Notes under the pieces: model-generated
The model's database searches: none
What the model was told of the DNA's origin: nothing
Seen by the model: the letters and a program-made list of their open reading frames with translations, nothing else
Part shown: positions 9,884 through 20,023 of the stretch, one piece after another
How positions within the stretch are numbered: the stretch's first letter is position 1
Layout: each line of letters begins with the position of its first letter
Assembly: GCA_032250835.1 (NCBI GenBank)
Contig: JAVVEA010000009.1
Span: 72,398-136,397 of the forward strand
Length of the DNA stretch: 64,000 bases
Origin: a bacterium
GTDB lineage: Bacteria > SAR324 > XYD2-FULL-50-16
Direction of reading: 5' to 3'
Translations under genes and position numbers: made by a program

Positions 9884-12315
9884 AATTCCGTATATTCGCC
9901 GGGAACTGACTGAACCGAAATCTGGCCCCCATGTTGCCCGGTAACGATCTCGTAACTAATGGACAGACCCAGACCCGTCCCCTGCCCGGCTGGTTTGCTG
10001 GTATAAAAGGGTTCAAAAATCTTCGATTGCCGCTCCAGGCTGATCCCCGTCCCATTATCAAAGACCCGCAAGGTGACCCCGTCTTTATTGCACTGACTCC
10101 GCAGGATCATTTGGGGGTGGTAGGGCTTTTCCGATTGGCTCCTTTTTTCCCGCATAGCATCAAAGGCATTTCCGAATAGGTTCAATAAAACCCGTCCGAA
10201 TTCTTGGGAATAAAGACGGATCGGCGGGATATTGGCCGCAAAATGTCGCTCCACCTTTAAATCCAAACCGTCTTCGCTGGCTTTGAGGCTATGTAAAGCC
10301 AGCGTCAAGTATTGCTCCACCAAGTCATTGAACTCTACGATCTGCGGCAGGCCGGGCTGCTCTCGGGCGTGGGTCAACATAGAACTAACGATGGAGCCGA
10401 TCAACTCGGCATGTTGCTGAACCTTCAGGGCCATCTGCTGTCCATGCTGGATTTGTTCGGGGCTCAGCTCTGAGGCTTTTAGAAGGTCGACCAACAGTTC
10501 CGTGAAGTTTTGGACGAAGTTTAAGGGATTGCGGATCTCGTGGGCAATGCCCGCAGTCATGCGTCCTAGACTGGACAATTTTTCCTGCACCACTAGGTTT
10601 TGTTGGGCCTTTTCTAACTGACGGGTACGCTTGAGGACCCGTTGTTCCAAGTCCTGATTGAGCGCTAAGACCTCGGCCTCGGCGGCTTTGTGTTGGCGCA
10701 GGTCGCGGAAAACGCCGCTGTAATAGAGTCCTCCGGCTCCCTCCCAACAGGCTAAGGCCCCTTCAACGGGCAAATAGACCCCCTGTTTGCTTTTACCCAG
10801 ATACTCCCTTGGTGCCGTCGATTCACCAGGAGACAACTGCGGATGGGACATCTTAAAGGGCGGACTTTGGCTGGTATCTGGTTCAAACAAAAGGTCAATG
10901 GGCTGCCCGATCAACTCTTCGGCCCTATAGCCAAATAACCCTTCGGCGCCCTGGTTCCACAACAGGATCTTGCCCTGGGCGTCAAAGCTGAAGATCGGAT
11001 CGACGCTATGCTCCACCAAAGCGCGGTAGCTTTCTTGGCTGCTGGTCAATTCAGCTTGGAGGGCTAAATTTTCAGTCAGGTCGATGGCCATAGAAACGAT
11101 CAGGCGTTCCCTGGCCTGATTAGGCGGCAAGGGGGCATGGGAGATGGCCCATTGCCGGTACTGACCGTCTGCGGTGCGGATGGTGGTGAGGCTGTCTTGG
11201 GTGGTTTCTTCCTGTTCAAAGAGCGCGGCGAAATGCTGAATGATCTGCTCCTGGTTCGTCTCAAAGGCCTTCGACACCCAAGCCTGGATGTCCACCAATT
11301 CCTCGGTTCGGTACCCGGTCAGCTCACAAAAGGCCCGGCTCACCGCCAGGATTTGCCCACTTTCGCTATGCGCCATCAGCGGAAAGGGGGCCGATAACAC
11401 AATGTCCTGGAACTGGGCCTGAGTAGCCTGCAAGTCCGCCTCGGCCTGTTTTTGTTTTTCTAAAGCGGCACGCAACCGGCGGTTGACCTGTTCAAGGCTG
11501 AGAAACCGCCAAGCCAGCAGCGTCAAGCTAACCCCAAAAAGGCCGCCCCCAAAGGCCAGCCAAAGCCGCGTCGAATCCCAAAAGGGCGGCGGCGGGCGGT
11601 GCCACTTAGCGTAAAGCTCAAAAAAGGCCGGACTAGCCACCAACCGCTCGATCACTGGATCAAAGCGTTCCTTGAGGTCCGGGCGGTTTAAGGGAAAGGC
11701 CAGCGCCCGCTTGACCTCGGCTATCGGGGTCTGCAAAGGGCGGATTAACTGGTCTACCCCCGTTTCGTGCGCCAAGTTCAGCAGCGATTCGCGAGGATAA
11801 ACCAAACCGTCTAAGTGACCGCCGAGTAATTCAAAGAGGGCCTGTTCTCGGCTCGGAAACACCTGGACCTGGAATCGGTCGTCTTCGGCCAAAAGGCTTT
11901 GCCCTACGTTAGTCTCCACGACTCCTAGAAAACTCCCCTCTAGACTCTTTAAGTCATCCACGGAGCTGGCAGTGCGTACGAAGATCGAAACCTCGAAGGC
12001 ATGGTAAGGCCTGCTGAACAGAAAGCTTTGTGAGCGGAGCTCCGAGACGCCTAGATTGGGGATCAGGTCCCAGCTGTTGGCCTCGGTGGCTTGGATGACC
12101 TGCGGCCAGCTTTCCTTCCATTGGTAGGTGAAGGTGACCTGCATTTCCTTGGACAGCAAGGCTAGGAATTCTGCGGCAAAGCCCGCCGGTTGTCCTTGGT
12201 CGTCGCGGTAAATATGGGGCGCAAAGTGGGCGGGGGCCAAAACCCGCAGTTGCTCGGCTCGCAGCCCCAGCGGCGAGCTCAACAGAAACAATAAGATCAG
12301 GCCCCATCCCTTCAC
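9826..12315 (-). CDS. Sensor histidine kinase with a family-3 substrate-binding domain and two PAS domains
   Basis: Signal peptide and SBP_bac_3-like domain, TM, two PAS regions, EKLSSLGRMTAGIAHEIRNPLNF H-box, FEPFYTSKPAGQGTGLGL. Confidence 0.92.
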   Translation of the reverse strand: MKGWGLILLFLLSSPLGLRAEQLRVLAPAHFAPHIYRDDQGQPAGFAAEFLALLSKEMQVTFTYQWKESWPQVIQATEANSWDLIPNLGVSELRSQSFLFSRPYHAFEVSIFVRTASSVDDLKSLEGSFLGVVETNVGQSLLAEDDRFQVQVFPSREQALFELLGGHLDGLVYPRESLLNLAHETGVDQLIRPLQTPIAEVKRALAFPLNRPDLKERFDPVIERLVASPAFFELYAKWHRPPPPFWDSTRLWLAFGGGLFGVSLTLLAWRFLSLEQVNRRLRAALEKQKQAEADLQATQAQFQDIVLSAPFPLMAHSESGQILAVSRAFCELTGYRTEELVDIQAWVSKAFETNQEQIIQHFAALFEQEETTQDSLTTIRTADGQYRQWAISHAPLPPNQARERLIVSMAIDLTENLALQAELTSSQESYRALVEHSVDPIFSFDAQGKILLWNQGAEGLFGYRAEELIGQPIDLLFEPDTSQSPPFKMSHPQLSPGESTAPREYLGKSKQGVYLPVEGALACWEGAGGLYYSGVFRDLRQHKAAEAEVLALNQDLEQRVLKRTRQLEKAQQNLVVQEKLSSLGRMTAGIAHEIRNPLNFVQNFTELLVDLLKASELSPEQIQHGQQMALKVQQHAELIGSIVSSMLTHAREQPGLPQIVEFNDLVEQYLTLALHSLKASEDGLDLKVERHFAANIPPIRLYSQEFGRVLLNLFGNAFDAMREKRSQSEKPYHPQMILRSQCNKDGVTLRVFDNGTGISLERQSKIFEPFYTSKPAGQGTGLGLSISYEIVTGQHGGQISVQSVPGEYTEFQIFLPWLEEADSPLPENK

Positions 12316-12381
12316 GGCTACCTCAATAATTAGGCTTAAAGTAGCTTTAGGTTAACAGGTAGTACCGAAGAATCCAATCGC

Positions 12382-15300
12382 TTAGCGCGAAGCAAAAAAC
12401 GAGGGCCGCCAGTGGGTTAATATCCAGTAGAGCGAAGGGATGAGGATCAAGGTGATCAAGGTCGCAAAAACAATCCCCACTCCCAGGCTGATCGCCATAG
12501 GGATCAGGAATTGGGCCTGACGAGAGGTCTCGGCTAAAAGGGGCATCAAGCCAAAGAAGGTGGTCGCCGTGGTCATCAAAATCGGCCGGACCCTGCTTTG
12601 GGAGGCTTCTACCAAAGAGCCGATGGGGTCGCTCTGGCGGTTCGGGTGCCGCTTGATGGCGTCGATTAAGATCAACGAATCGTTGACCACCACGCCGGTC
12701 AAACCAACCAAACCAAAGAGGCTCATGAAACTCAAGGGATGGCCCAGGATCAAGTGGCCCAGTGCCGCTCCGGCGAGCCCGAAGGGGATGGCGATCATCA
12801 CCAGCATAGGCTCGGTATAACTCCTAAAAAAGATGGCCAAAAGGGCGTAGATCATCAACATGGCCCCTAAAAAGCCGCCCAATAGGCTGCTCATAGACTT
12901 CTGCCGCTCCTTATTGGCTCCTTCCATTTTAGCGGTTAAGCCTGGATGTAAGGAGCGGAGTTGGGGCAGCCATTCGGTTTTGATCCGGGCCGTGATGGCG
13001 TCTGGATTGCGTTGGGCCGAATCGATGCTGGCGGTGACCAAAACCACCGGGCGGCGGTTCTCGCGGCGGATTCCGGTGGGCTCGATCCGTTCGCTCCGTT
13101 CGGCCGCTTGGCCCAGGGTGATTTCCCCGCCTGCATTGGTACGCAGATACAACTGCTCAAGGTTGGAGAGGTTGTTTCGGACCTCGGCTGGGTAGCGCAA
13201 ATAGACCTCAACGGTCTGGTCGTTACGCAGCAGGGTGGTGATGTTGACGCCTTTAAAGGCGGCGCGCAGCTCGTTGGCAAATTCTTGGGGGCTCACGCCC
13301 AGGCTGCGGGCCTCTTCGCTTAGGCGGTACTGGATCTCCGACTTGCCTGCCTTTTCGCTGTCGTCAATGTCCACCACGCTAGAATAACTGGTCAAATAGG
13401 CCTTGGTGTCGGCAATAGCCTGTTCTAAGACCTGGCGGTTTGGGTGGCTTAAGGTGATGGAGATGTCATCGCCGAAATTCATGGTCCGGCTGCTTAAAGA
13501 CAGACTGGTGATCTCGGGCACCTCACCGACCGATTGCCGCCAGAGCTTACCTAGCTTAAAGGCATTGATGCTGCGCTGGTCCGCATCAATCAGCCTCAAG
13601 CGCACCGAAGCCTCAGCCGACCCACTGCCGGAATTGGCGCGAAGGCGGATGTAGCTATTGAGCAAGCTGGATTCTTTTTTACCCTGTTCCTGGTCCGCTT
13701 TAGCCAGGATAGCCGCCCCTTTGGCGACTACCTCTTCTAAGATACGGCGGCTTTCGGCGGCGGGGATGCCCGGAGGCAACGTGGCGGTCAGACGCACCTC
13801 GTCGTCTTCAATCTTCGGGAAAAACTGCATCGGCAAAATGCCGCTGGCCACGGTAGCCACCACCAACATCAAACTAACCACCCCAAAAGCCAGGGTGGCG
13901 AAGCTGTTTTTTAGGGTCTTCTCGACAAACCGCTTATAGGGCCCATGGGTGATCCGGTCTAGACCGTCGTCGCAGGCAACCCGCAGCCGCTCTAAGGCGC
14001 GCATCGGAGCCGACTTAAAAGGCTTGCCTCCAAAGGAAAGATGCGCCGGAAGAATAAACAAAGACTCCACCAAGGAGAGCAACAACACAGACATCACAAT
14101 CACCGGCACGGCCACCAAAAAACGCCCCATTGCCCCGTCGATAAACATCAAGGGAGCAAAGGCGACTAAAGTGGTTATCACCGCTGAAAAGACCGCCGGG
14201 CCGACTTCGGTGGCCCCTTCGATGGCTGCTTGCAGGCGGCTTTTGCCTTCTTCGATCTTTTGGAAGACCGACTCACCGACCACAATGGCATCGTCCACCA
14301 CGATGCCCAAGACCAAGATAAAGGCCATCAGGGAGATCATGTTGATCGACACGCCGGTAAAGGGCATCAGCAACAACGAACCAGCGAAGGAGATGGGGAT
14401 GCCCAACATAACCCAAAAGGCCAGATGGATTTCTAAGAACAGCGCCAGGATGATGAACACCAAAACCAAGCCCATGATCCCGTTGTTGACCAATAGATCA
14501 AAGCGCTGCTGGAAAATTTCGGAACGATCTTGCCAGATCACCAAGTCCACGCCCGGAGAAAATCCGGCCTGGGTGGTCTCTAGGTATTCGTTGATTTGGG
14601 TGGCTACCTGAGCGGGCGTGAAGCCCATTTTTTGGTACACATTAAAAAAGACCGCCCGTTTGCCATCTAATAATAAATAGTCCTGAGACTCGGCGGGCCG
14701 CTCGGTGATCCGGGCGATTTCGCCTAGGCGGGTCTGGGACCCTTCACGTTGGCTTTGGACCACTAACTGGGCAAACTCGCTAGGCCGTTCACGCTTGGAG
14801 ACGGTCCGCACCAAGATCTCCCCGCCTTGGGTCTGGATCGACCCGGCAGGTAGGTCGAGGCTGCCTTGGCGGATGATGGCGGCCAGTCCGGTCAAACTCA
14901 GGCCGGTGGAGCGGAGCGCCTCGGGGGTGACTTCGATGACCAACTCGGTGTTCAGCAAACCTTCGTTGTCCACCGACGACACGCCGGGCAACTCGGACAG
15001 TTCGTCTTGGACGCGGCGGGCCAGCTCGAAGAGCTGCGCCGGTTCGGACTGGGAGGTTAGCGCGAGATTGAAGATGCGCCGCTTGCGGGTGAGCTTGCTG
15101 ACCTGGGGCGTTTCGATGTCTGCGGGAAAGTCTTGGATGGTGCCCACGGCGTTGCGTACCTCTTGTAGCCGCTCGTCTGGGTCCGCTCCGTCTTCTAAGG
15201 TGATGCTCACCACGGCGATCCCCTCGTTGGCTTGGCAAACCAACTCTTCGATCCCTTCGAGCGGGTCGATCACTTCTTCCAGAGGAACGCAGAGGCTGTT

Positions 15301-15483
15301 GGCCACTTCGCTGGGGCCTGCACCCTGGTAGACCACCGTGACGTTAAGCATATCCAACGCCACCTCAGGAAAGACCTCCTGGGGTAGACGCGGGGCCATC
15401 ATCGCCCCGCCGATCAAGATCATGGCTAAGAGAATGTTGGCAGCGACGGGGTTTTGCGCCATCCAAGACATGGCCGCTTTCAT
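12382..15483 (-). CDS. RND efflux transporter permease (AcrB family)
   Basis: 1033 aa with 12-TM pattern, LGIVVDDAIVVGE, VVVNDS and SRVRPILMT. Confidence 0.95.
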   Translation of the reverse strand: MKAAMSWMAQNPVAANILLAMILIGGAMMAPRLPQEVFPEVALDMLNVTVVYQGAGPSEVANSLCVPLEEVIDPLEGIEELVCQANEGIAVVSITLEDGADPDERLQEVRNAVGTIQDFPADIETPQVSKLTRKRRIFNLALTSQSEPAQLFELARRVQDELSELPGVSSVDNEGLLNTELVIEVTPEALRSTGLSLTGLAAIIRQGSLDLPAGSIQTQGGEILVRTVSKRERPSEFAQLVVQSQREGSQTRLGEIARITERPAESQDYLLLDGKRAVFFNVYQKMGFTPAQVATQINEYLETTQAGFSPGVDLVIWQDRSEIFQQRFDLLVNNGIMGLVLVFIILALFLEIHLAFWVMLGIPISFAGSLLLMPFTGVSINMISLMAFILVLGIVVDDAIVVGESVFQKIEEGKSRLQAAIEGATEVGPAVFSAVITTLVAFAPLMFIDGAMGRFLVAVPVIVMSVLLLSLVESLFILPAHLSFGGKPFKSAPMRALERLRVACDDGLDRITHGPYKRFVEKTLKNSFATLAFGVVSLMLVVATVASGILPMQFFPKIEDDEVRLTATLPPGIPAAESRRILEEVVAKGAAILAKADQEQGKKESSLLNSYIRLRANSGSGSAEASVRLRLIDADQRSINAFKLGKLWRQSVGEVPEITSLSLSSRTMNFGDDISITLSHPNRQVLEQAIADTKAYLTSYSSVVDIDDSEKAGKSEIQYRLSEEARSLGVSPQEFANELRAAFKGVNITTLLRNDQTVEVYLRYPAEVRNNLSNLEQLYLRTNAGGEITLGQAAERSERIEPTGIRRENRRPVVLVTASIDSAQRNPDAITARIKTEWLPQLRSLHPGLTAKMEGANKERQKSMSSLLGGFLGAMLMIYALLAIFFRSYTEPMLVMIAIPFGLAGAALGHLILGHPLSFMSLFGLVGLTGVVVNDSLILIDAIKRHPNRQSDPIGSLVEASQSRVRPILMTTATTFFGLMPLLAETSRQAQFLIPMAISLGVGIVFATLITLILIPSLYWILTHWRPSFFASR

Positions 15484-16802
15484 GGAGTGGCTCCGCTAGC
15501 GCTTTGGTTGTTGACCTTGGGCGGGGTAGTTGCCACTGGGACCTGGGTTTGGGGGTTAGGCTCCGGGGCCGCTATTGCCTGGGGGGATTCGGCCTGAGCC
15601 GTCTCGAGCTGCGGGCCCGGTTCGGGCCCCTTATCGGTTTCGGGCTGGTAGACCTTCAGGGGCATCCCCTCGGTAGGCGTCTCGATGGGCGAAAGAATCA
15701 ACTGATCGCCCGGAAAAAGCCCCTCTCGGACCAACGCCATATTCTCAACCTGACGCAAAATCTTCAATGGGCGGATCTCCAAGCCGCCACCGGGGCCGAC
15801 CATCCAAGCTTGGTTTTCTTGGTGCAGGGCGTAAAGCGGCACTTTATAAACCTGTTCTAACACCTCTCCCTGCAAGGTCGCCTTGACCTGTAACCCTAAA
15901 GGCAGGGGGAAACCCTGATCCGAAAGGGGCTGGTCAACCTCGATCATCAACTGCGCCAAGCGCCCCATGCTGTCGATCTCTTGGACTTGATGGGTAACCA
16001 CGCCGATCCAGCGGTGTTGGTCCGGGCCGATTTGTTTGGTCAAAACCACCGCAGAGCCGGTCTGTCCCTGGGTACCCAAGTCAACCCAAGGCAACTCATT
16101 GAGCGGCAGGGCCAGCTTAACCCGGATGGGCCGTTCGGCAAAGAGCTTGGCAACCTGCTGGTTAGCGGTAACCGATTGACCCAATGCCAGCGTCACGCTA
16201 CGGAAATAGCCCGCAAAGGGGGCGCGGATTTCGGTGCGCTCAAGGTTGAGTTCGGCTTGTTTGAGGCTCGCCTGAGCCGAGGCCATCGAGGCCCGCGCAT
16301 TTTTTAACTGGGGGCCGTAGAGCGCTAAAGGGCTGATGTCCAGTCGGTTGCCGCCGGTCTGGCTTTGGACCTCCTGAAAACTCTTGAGGCCCGCTAAGGC
16401 CGATTTTTTTTGGGCCTCTACGTTGTCTAGGTCGAATTCGGCTTTGGCCAAGGTGGCCTTGGCTTGGTCTAGGGTCAACAGCAGGTCTGCCGGGTCCAGC
16501 TTAAAGAGCAGTTCCCCGGCCTCCACGTACCCCCCCTCGACCATACTCGGCGAGATCCAGTCTACCTGCCCGCCGACGCGCGCGGCCAGGGATAGCTCCT
16601 GGGAAGGGATGGTGCTACCCAGCGCGACCACCTGGACCTGATGTTTGACGGGCTGCATCTGAAGCACCCGCACCAGCTTGATTTTCTTGGGCGGACTCTC
16701 CTTGCGCTTGGCCGGTTCTTTGCCCAGCATCATCGCCGCCGAAAGGCCAACACCGGCCAATAGGATCAGCCAAGGCAACCATCGTTTAGTCAGGAGGATC
16801 AT
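15480..16802 (-). CDS. RND membrane fusion (periplasmic adaptor) protein
   Basis: N-terminal TM, lipoyl-like VGGQV...GGYVEAGELLF, coiled hairpin, LERTEIRAPFAG. Overlaps the permease start. Confidence 0.93.
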   Translation of the reverse strand: MILLTKRWLPWLILLAGVGLSAAMMLGKEPAKRKESPPKKIKLVRVLQMQPVKHQVQVVALGSTIPSQELSLAARVGGQVDWISPSMVEGGYVEAGELLFKLDPADLLLTLDQAKATLAKAEFDLDNVEAQKKSALAGLKSFQEVQSQTGGNRLDISPLALYGPQLKNARASMASAQASLKQAELNLERTEIRAPFAGYFRSVTLALGQSVTANQQVAKLFAERPIRVKLALPLNELPWVDLGTQGQTGSAVVLTKQIGPDQHRWIGVVTHQVQEIDSMGRLAQLMIEVDQPLSDQGFPLPLGLQVKATLQGEVLEQVYKVPLYALHQENQAWMVGPGGGLEIRPLKILRQVENMALVREGLFPGDQLILSPIETPTEGMPLKVYQPETDKGPEPGPQLETAQAESPQAIAAPEPNPQTQVPVATTPPKVNNQSASGATP

Positions 16803-18238
16803 GGTTCTTCTCGGTTAATATCCTTGATTTCTGCTCCAAGGGATTCTAGGTAATGTGCCGTCCAGTCGCCACCCAAGGCGGTATAAAGATCAACCCGCAG
16901 GTCGATCCAGCCTCTTTTGTCGGTGATCCAGTTGGTCTGGGCGGTGACAAATTGTTTTTGTGCAGCGATCACCTGATCGAAGGTCATCACCCCCTGCACA
17001 AAGGCGCTTTTGGTCAAGGCCAAACGCTGTTGGGCGATCACCACAGAGCGTTGGCGCAGCTCTAAAAGTAGGTCCTGTTGCTTCAGTTGGACCAAAGCCG
17101 ATTCGACCTCACCAAAGGCCCCCAGTAGGCTTTGGCGGTAATTGGCCAGTTGCTCTTCTAATAACGCTTCTTGACGGCGGACCTCAGCGCGGCGGCGCCC
17201 CCCGTCGAAGATCGGCACGCTCAGGTTGGCAACCAAGTTCCAGAAGGCATTGTTGGGCTCACTTAGGCTGGACAATTCGGTGCTCTGGTAGCCGGTCGAA
17301 GCGGTCAGGCTCAAACGGGGGAAGCGGTCGGCCACCGCCGCGGCGATCCGGTGGTCTTGGGCTTTGAGCTGCAATAAGGCTTGGCGCAGGTCCGGGCGGC
17401 GTTTAAGCAGCCCCGAAGGAAGACCCGGCTGGAGCGGAGGTAGCTGCAACCCTAAATCCAACTGGGCGGCAAGGTCCGCCGCCGAGGGATAATCACCAAC
17501 CAACTGCCGCAAGCTTTGTTGGGCCGAAAGCTGCTGGACTCGCAGCTGCACTTGGCGCAGTTCGGTACTCGTTAATTGTTCTCGGGCTTGTAGGACCTCG
17601 GCGGCCTGGGCGGTACCTAATTTATAACTCTGCTCGATCAGCTCCAAGTTGGCTTGGTCGGTGAGCAGCGTTTCTTGGGCAAATTCTAACTGAGCTTGGA
17701 TGGACGCGAGACCGAACCAAGCCTTGGCGACCTGTTGGCCCAACAAAGTCAATTGCTGTTTGTAGGCTTCCAAGGAGGCCAATAGTTCCAGTTCGGCGGC
17801 CTTAAGGTTGGCGCTGTTTTTACCGAACAGGTCAAGGTCGTAGCTCGCCTGCAATTCTATAGAAAAGCTGGTGCTTTGCACCTCGACACCTGTCGAGCGG
17901 TTAGCGCTCTTGGCGGCCGTAAAGTCGGCGTTGGCACTGGGCAATAGGGCGGCGAAGCTGATGCCGGTGGCTGCCAAGCGCTGCTCGATACGGGCCTGGG
18001 CGGCGCGTAGGCCTGGGTTTTTGGTGAAGGCGCGCTCCATCAGGGCCTCTAATTCCTTCGAACCCAACTGCAACCACCAACGTCCTGGGTCGCTGTAGGT
18101 GACTTGTTCGCTTTGTTCAAATCGGTCGCTTTCGAGCCCGGTGCCCGGTTCGCCCATTGGGCTGTGGGGGCTACAGCCCCACACCAACAAAGCCACCCAG
18201 GGCAACAGTGTCAATTTATTGAACTTTCGCAAAAACAT
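16799..18238 (-). CDS. Outer-membrane efflux lipoprotein (OprM/NodT family)
   Basis: Lipobox-like VWGC, WW motif, SYDLDLFG, GLPSGLLKRRPDL, PIFDGGR, LYTALGGDW. Confidence 0.93.
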   Translation of the reverse strand: MFLRKFNKLTLLPWVALLVWGCSPHSPMGEPGTGLESDRFEQSEQVTYSDPGRWWLQLGSKELEALMERAFTKNPGLRAAQARIEQRLAATGISFAALLPSANADFTAAKSANRSTGVEVQSTSFSIELQASYDLDLFGKNSANLKAAELELLASLEAYKQQLTLLGQQVAKAWFGLASIQAQLEFAQETLLTDQANLELIEQSYKLGTAQAAEVLQAREQLTSTELRQVQLRVQQLSAQQSLRQLVGDYPSAADLAAQLDLGLQLPPLQPGLPSGLLKRRPDLRQALLQLKAQDHRIAAAVADRFPRLSLTASTGYQSTELSSLSEPNNAFWNLVANLSVPIFDGGRRRAEVRRQEALLEEQLANYRQSLLGAFGEVESALVQLKQQDLLLELRQRSVVIAQQRLALTKSAFVQGVMTFDQVIAAQKQFVTAQTNWITDKRGWIDLRVDLYTALGGDWTAHYLESLGAEIKDINREEP

Positions 18239-18578
18239 GCAGTCTCTTAAAAGGTCACAAGCCAAAAAATGGCTGGTCTATGAATCCAGCCTAACCGAAC
18301 CCAACGATCTAGGTTGTAAAGATTTGTAACCAATGGGCCTACCAACAGCCTGTTCCCCCTGGGTTCATTCTGCCAAGAGCTAACCGGTGCGCAGCAATGC
18401 CTTGGCTGCGGTCTGCTGTCTTTGGAATATTTTGGATTTAATTTTCCTGGTTATTTAGCGCCTAGAGCCGATGTAGGGATTGTCTTAAATTTTTTACCAA
18501 AACTTAACCTTCCCCTGAACCGCTCCCCCCAGAACCCCTCTAGATTGGTCCCGAAATCAATCAAATGGAGTTTGTCCG

Positions 18579-19715
18579 ATGGAACCAAACCGCAACGTAT
18601 ACACTAAAGGCACCGAGATCCTTCAAGAGGACCAGGAGCTGTTTGAATCAATCGTCAACCAGCGCTTGAGCCCCGAACAAGAGGCCCTGATCACCCAGCC
18701 TCCGGCGGTTTACCCTAAGGACGACGCGGTCTTGGCGGTGCATTGGCACCCCGAATATGTGCCCATGCCGCTGATCAAACAGCGCATCGAAGCGACCTTC
18801 CCGAACGCTAAAGAACACCTAATCATCCCCACCCAGCACAACCAAATATTGGTCTACGACGACTATGCCGGGGTAGAGGTGGACTGTTACAGTCCCGAGT
18901 TCAACACCAAGGTGCAGCTGCTGTTGCATTTCGCGCCCGAAAAAGTGGCCGAAGCCAGCGTGCTCAAGAGCATGTTGATGCACACCTTTAACTACCGCGC
19001 CACCCAGCTTTTTGATTTCCTCCACTGCTTAACCCGCCCTGAGCAGGACTTTATCCTGCAAAAGGCGGCGGCCAAGACGGGGGCCAACATTGAGCTGGTC
19101 AATCTGGTGCGCCTGATGGCCCGCAAATTGGGCCTTTTGATCGAGCAAAACGAAGCGATTTTACCCAAAGAGGCAATCAAAAACAAGCTGATCCGCAATT
19201 TCTTTGACGGCCTGCGCGGCACCGTCGGCGACGCCACCATCGACCGGGCGCAGCACTTCTTACGGGAAGTAAAAAAGGCGGTAAAAAAAGACTTTGATCT
19301 AACCTATTTTTATAAAACCCAAGAGATCATCGAAGAAACGAGGGGCCTCGGCGGCGGTATTGTGATCCCGCACCCCGAACAGTTTTGGCCCATCTTGATG
19401 GCTGATTATGATGTCGACGGGATTGAGGTCTGGAATCCCCAATCCAGCACCTATACCGAATTTTTGATCAACGTGGTCAACCGCCAAAACCGCTCGGTAG
19501 CCCCGGGTCGGCGGCCCCTGTTGGTCTTTATGGGTGATGACACCCACCTGGGCGAAAAGCTCAAAGCGCCAGGGGCGCAAAGTGCCGAAAAAGTCATCCG
19601 AGAGGTCGGCGTTCAGCCGCCCTGGGACGATCTTTCTTTAAAGAAAACCCTGATCCAAGCTCAGGCGGAAAAACATTTGGTGATCGCCGAATACAAAGCC
19701 CGTTTGAACTCTTAA
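18579..19715 (+). CDS. PHP-like metal-dependent phosphoesterase, first gene of the GAK cluster
   Basis: HWH near the N-terminus; IPHP, DGIEVWN and GDDTH resemble PHP metal-binding motifs. Adjacent to the amphi-Trp gene. Confidence 0.6.
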   Translation: MEPNRNVYTKGTEILQEDQELFESIVNQRLSPEQEALITQPPAVYPKDDAVLAVHWHPEYVPMPLIKQRIEATFPNAKEHLIIPTQHNQILVYDDYAGVEVDCYSPEFNTKVQLLLHFAPEKVAEASVLKSMLMHTFNYRATQLFDFLHCLTRPEQDFILQKAAAKTGANIELVNLVRLMARKLGLLIEQNEAILPKEAIKNKLIRNFFDGLRGTVGDATIDRAQHFLREVKKAVKKDFDLTYFYKTQEIIEETRGLGGGIVIPHPEQFWPILMADYDVDGIEVWNPQSSTYTEFLINVVNRQNRSVAPGRRPLLVFMGDDTHLGEKLKAPGAQSAEKVIREVGVQPPWDDLSLKKTLIQAQAEKHLVIAEYKARLNS

Positions 19716-19729
19716 CCCAAAGGAACGCA

Positions 19730-20020
19730 GTGAGTAGCAACAAGACCCGAGAATTTGAATATGTCACCTTGGTGGACAAACAATCGATTGTTACCTACCT
19801 CGAGACCCTGGCCGAAGGGTTTAAATCCGGCAACCTGACCCTCAAGAGCCCGGAATCCGAATTGCTGCTCGACCCCGACGGCCTCTTGAAGTTAGAGATC
19901 GCCGCTAAAAATAAATCGGGCCGCAGCAAGATCAGCATCAAGGTTTCCTGGAAAAACCAGCCCCGTGTGGAAATCAACAAAGACCGTCTGTCCCTTTCGG
20001 TTAGCCCCAAGGAAGACTAA
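19730..20020 (+). CDS. amphi-Trp domain protein
   Basis: Amphipathic helix YLETLAEGFKSG, beta strands ending in ISIKVSW with the conserved Trp. Confidence 0.85.
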   Translation: MSSNKTREFEYVTLVDKQSIVTYLETLAEGFKSGNLTLKSPESELLLDPDGLLKLEIAAKNKSGRSKISIKVSWKNQPRVEINKDRLSLSVSPKED

Positions 20021-20023
20021 ACC

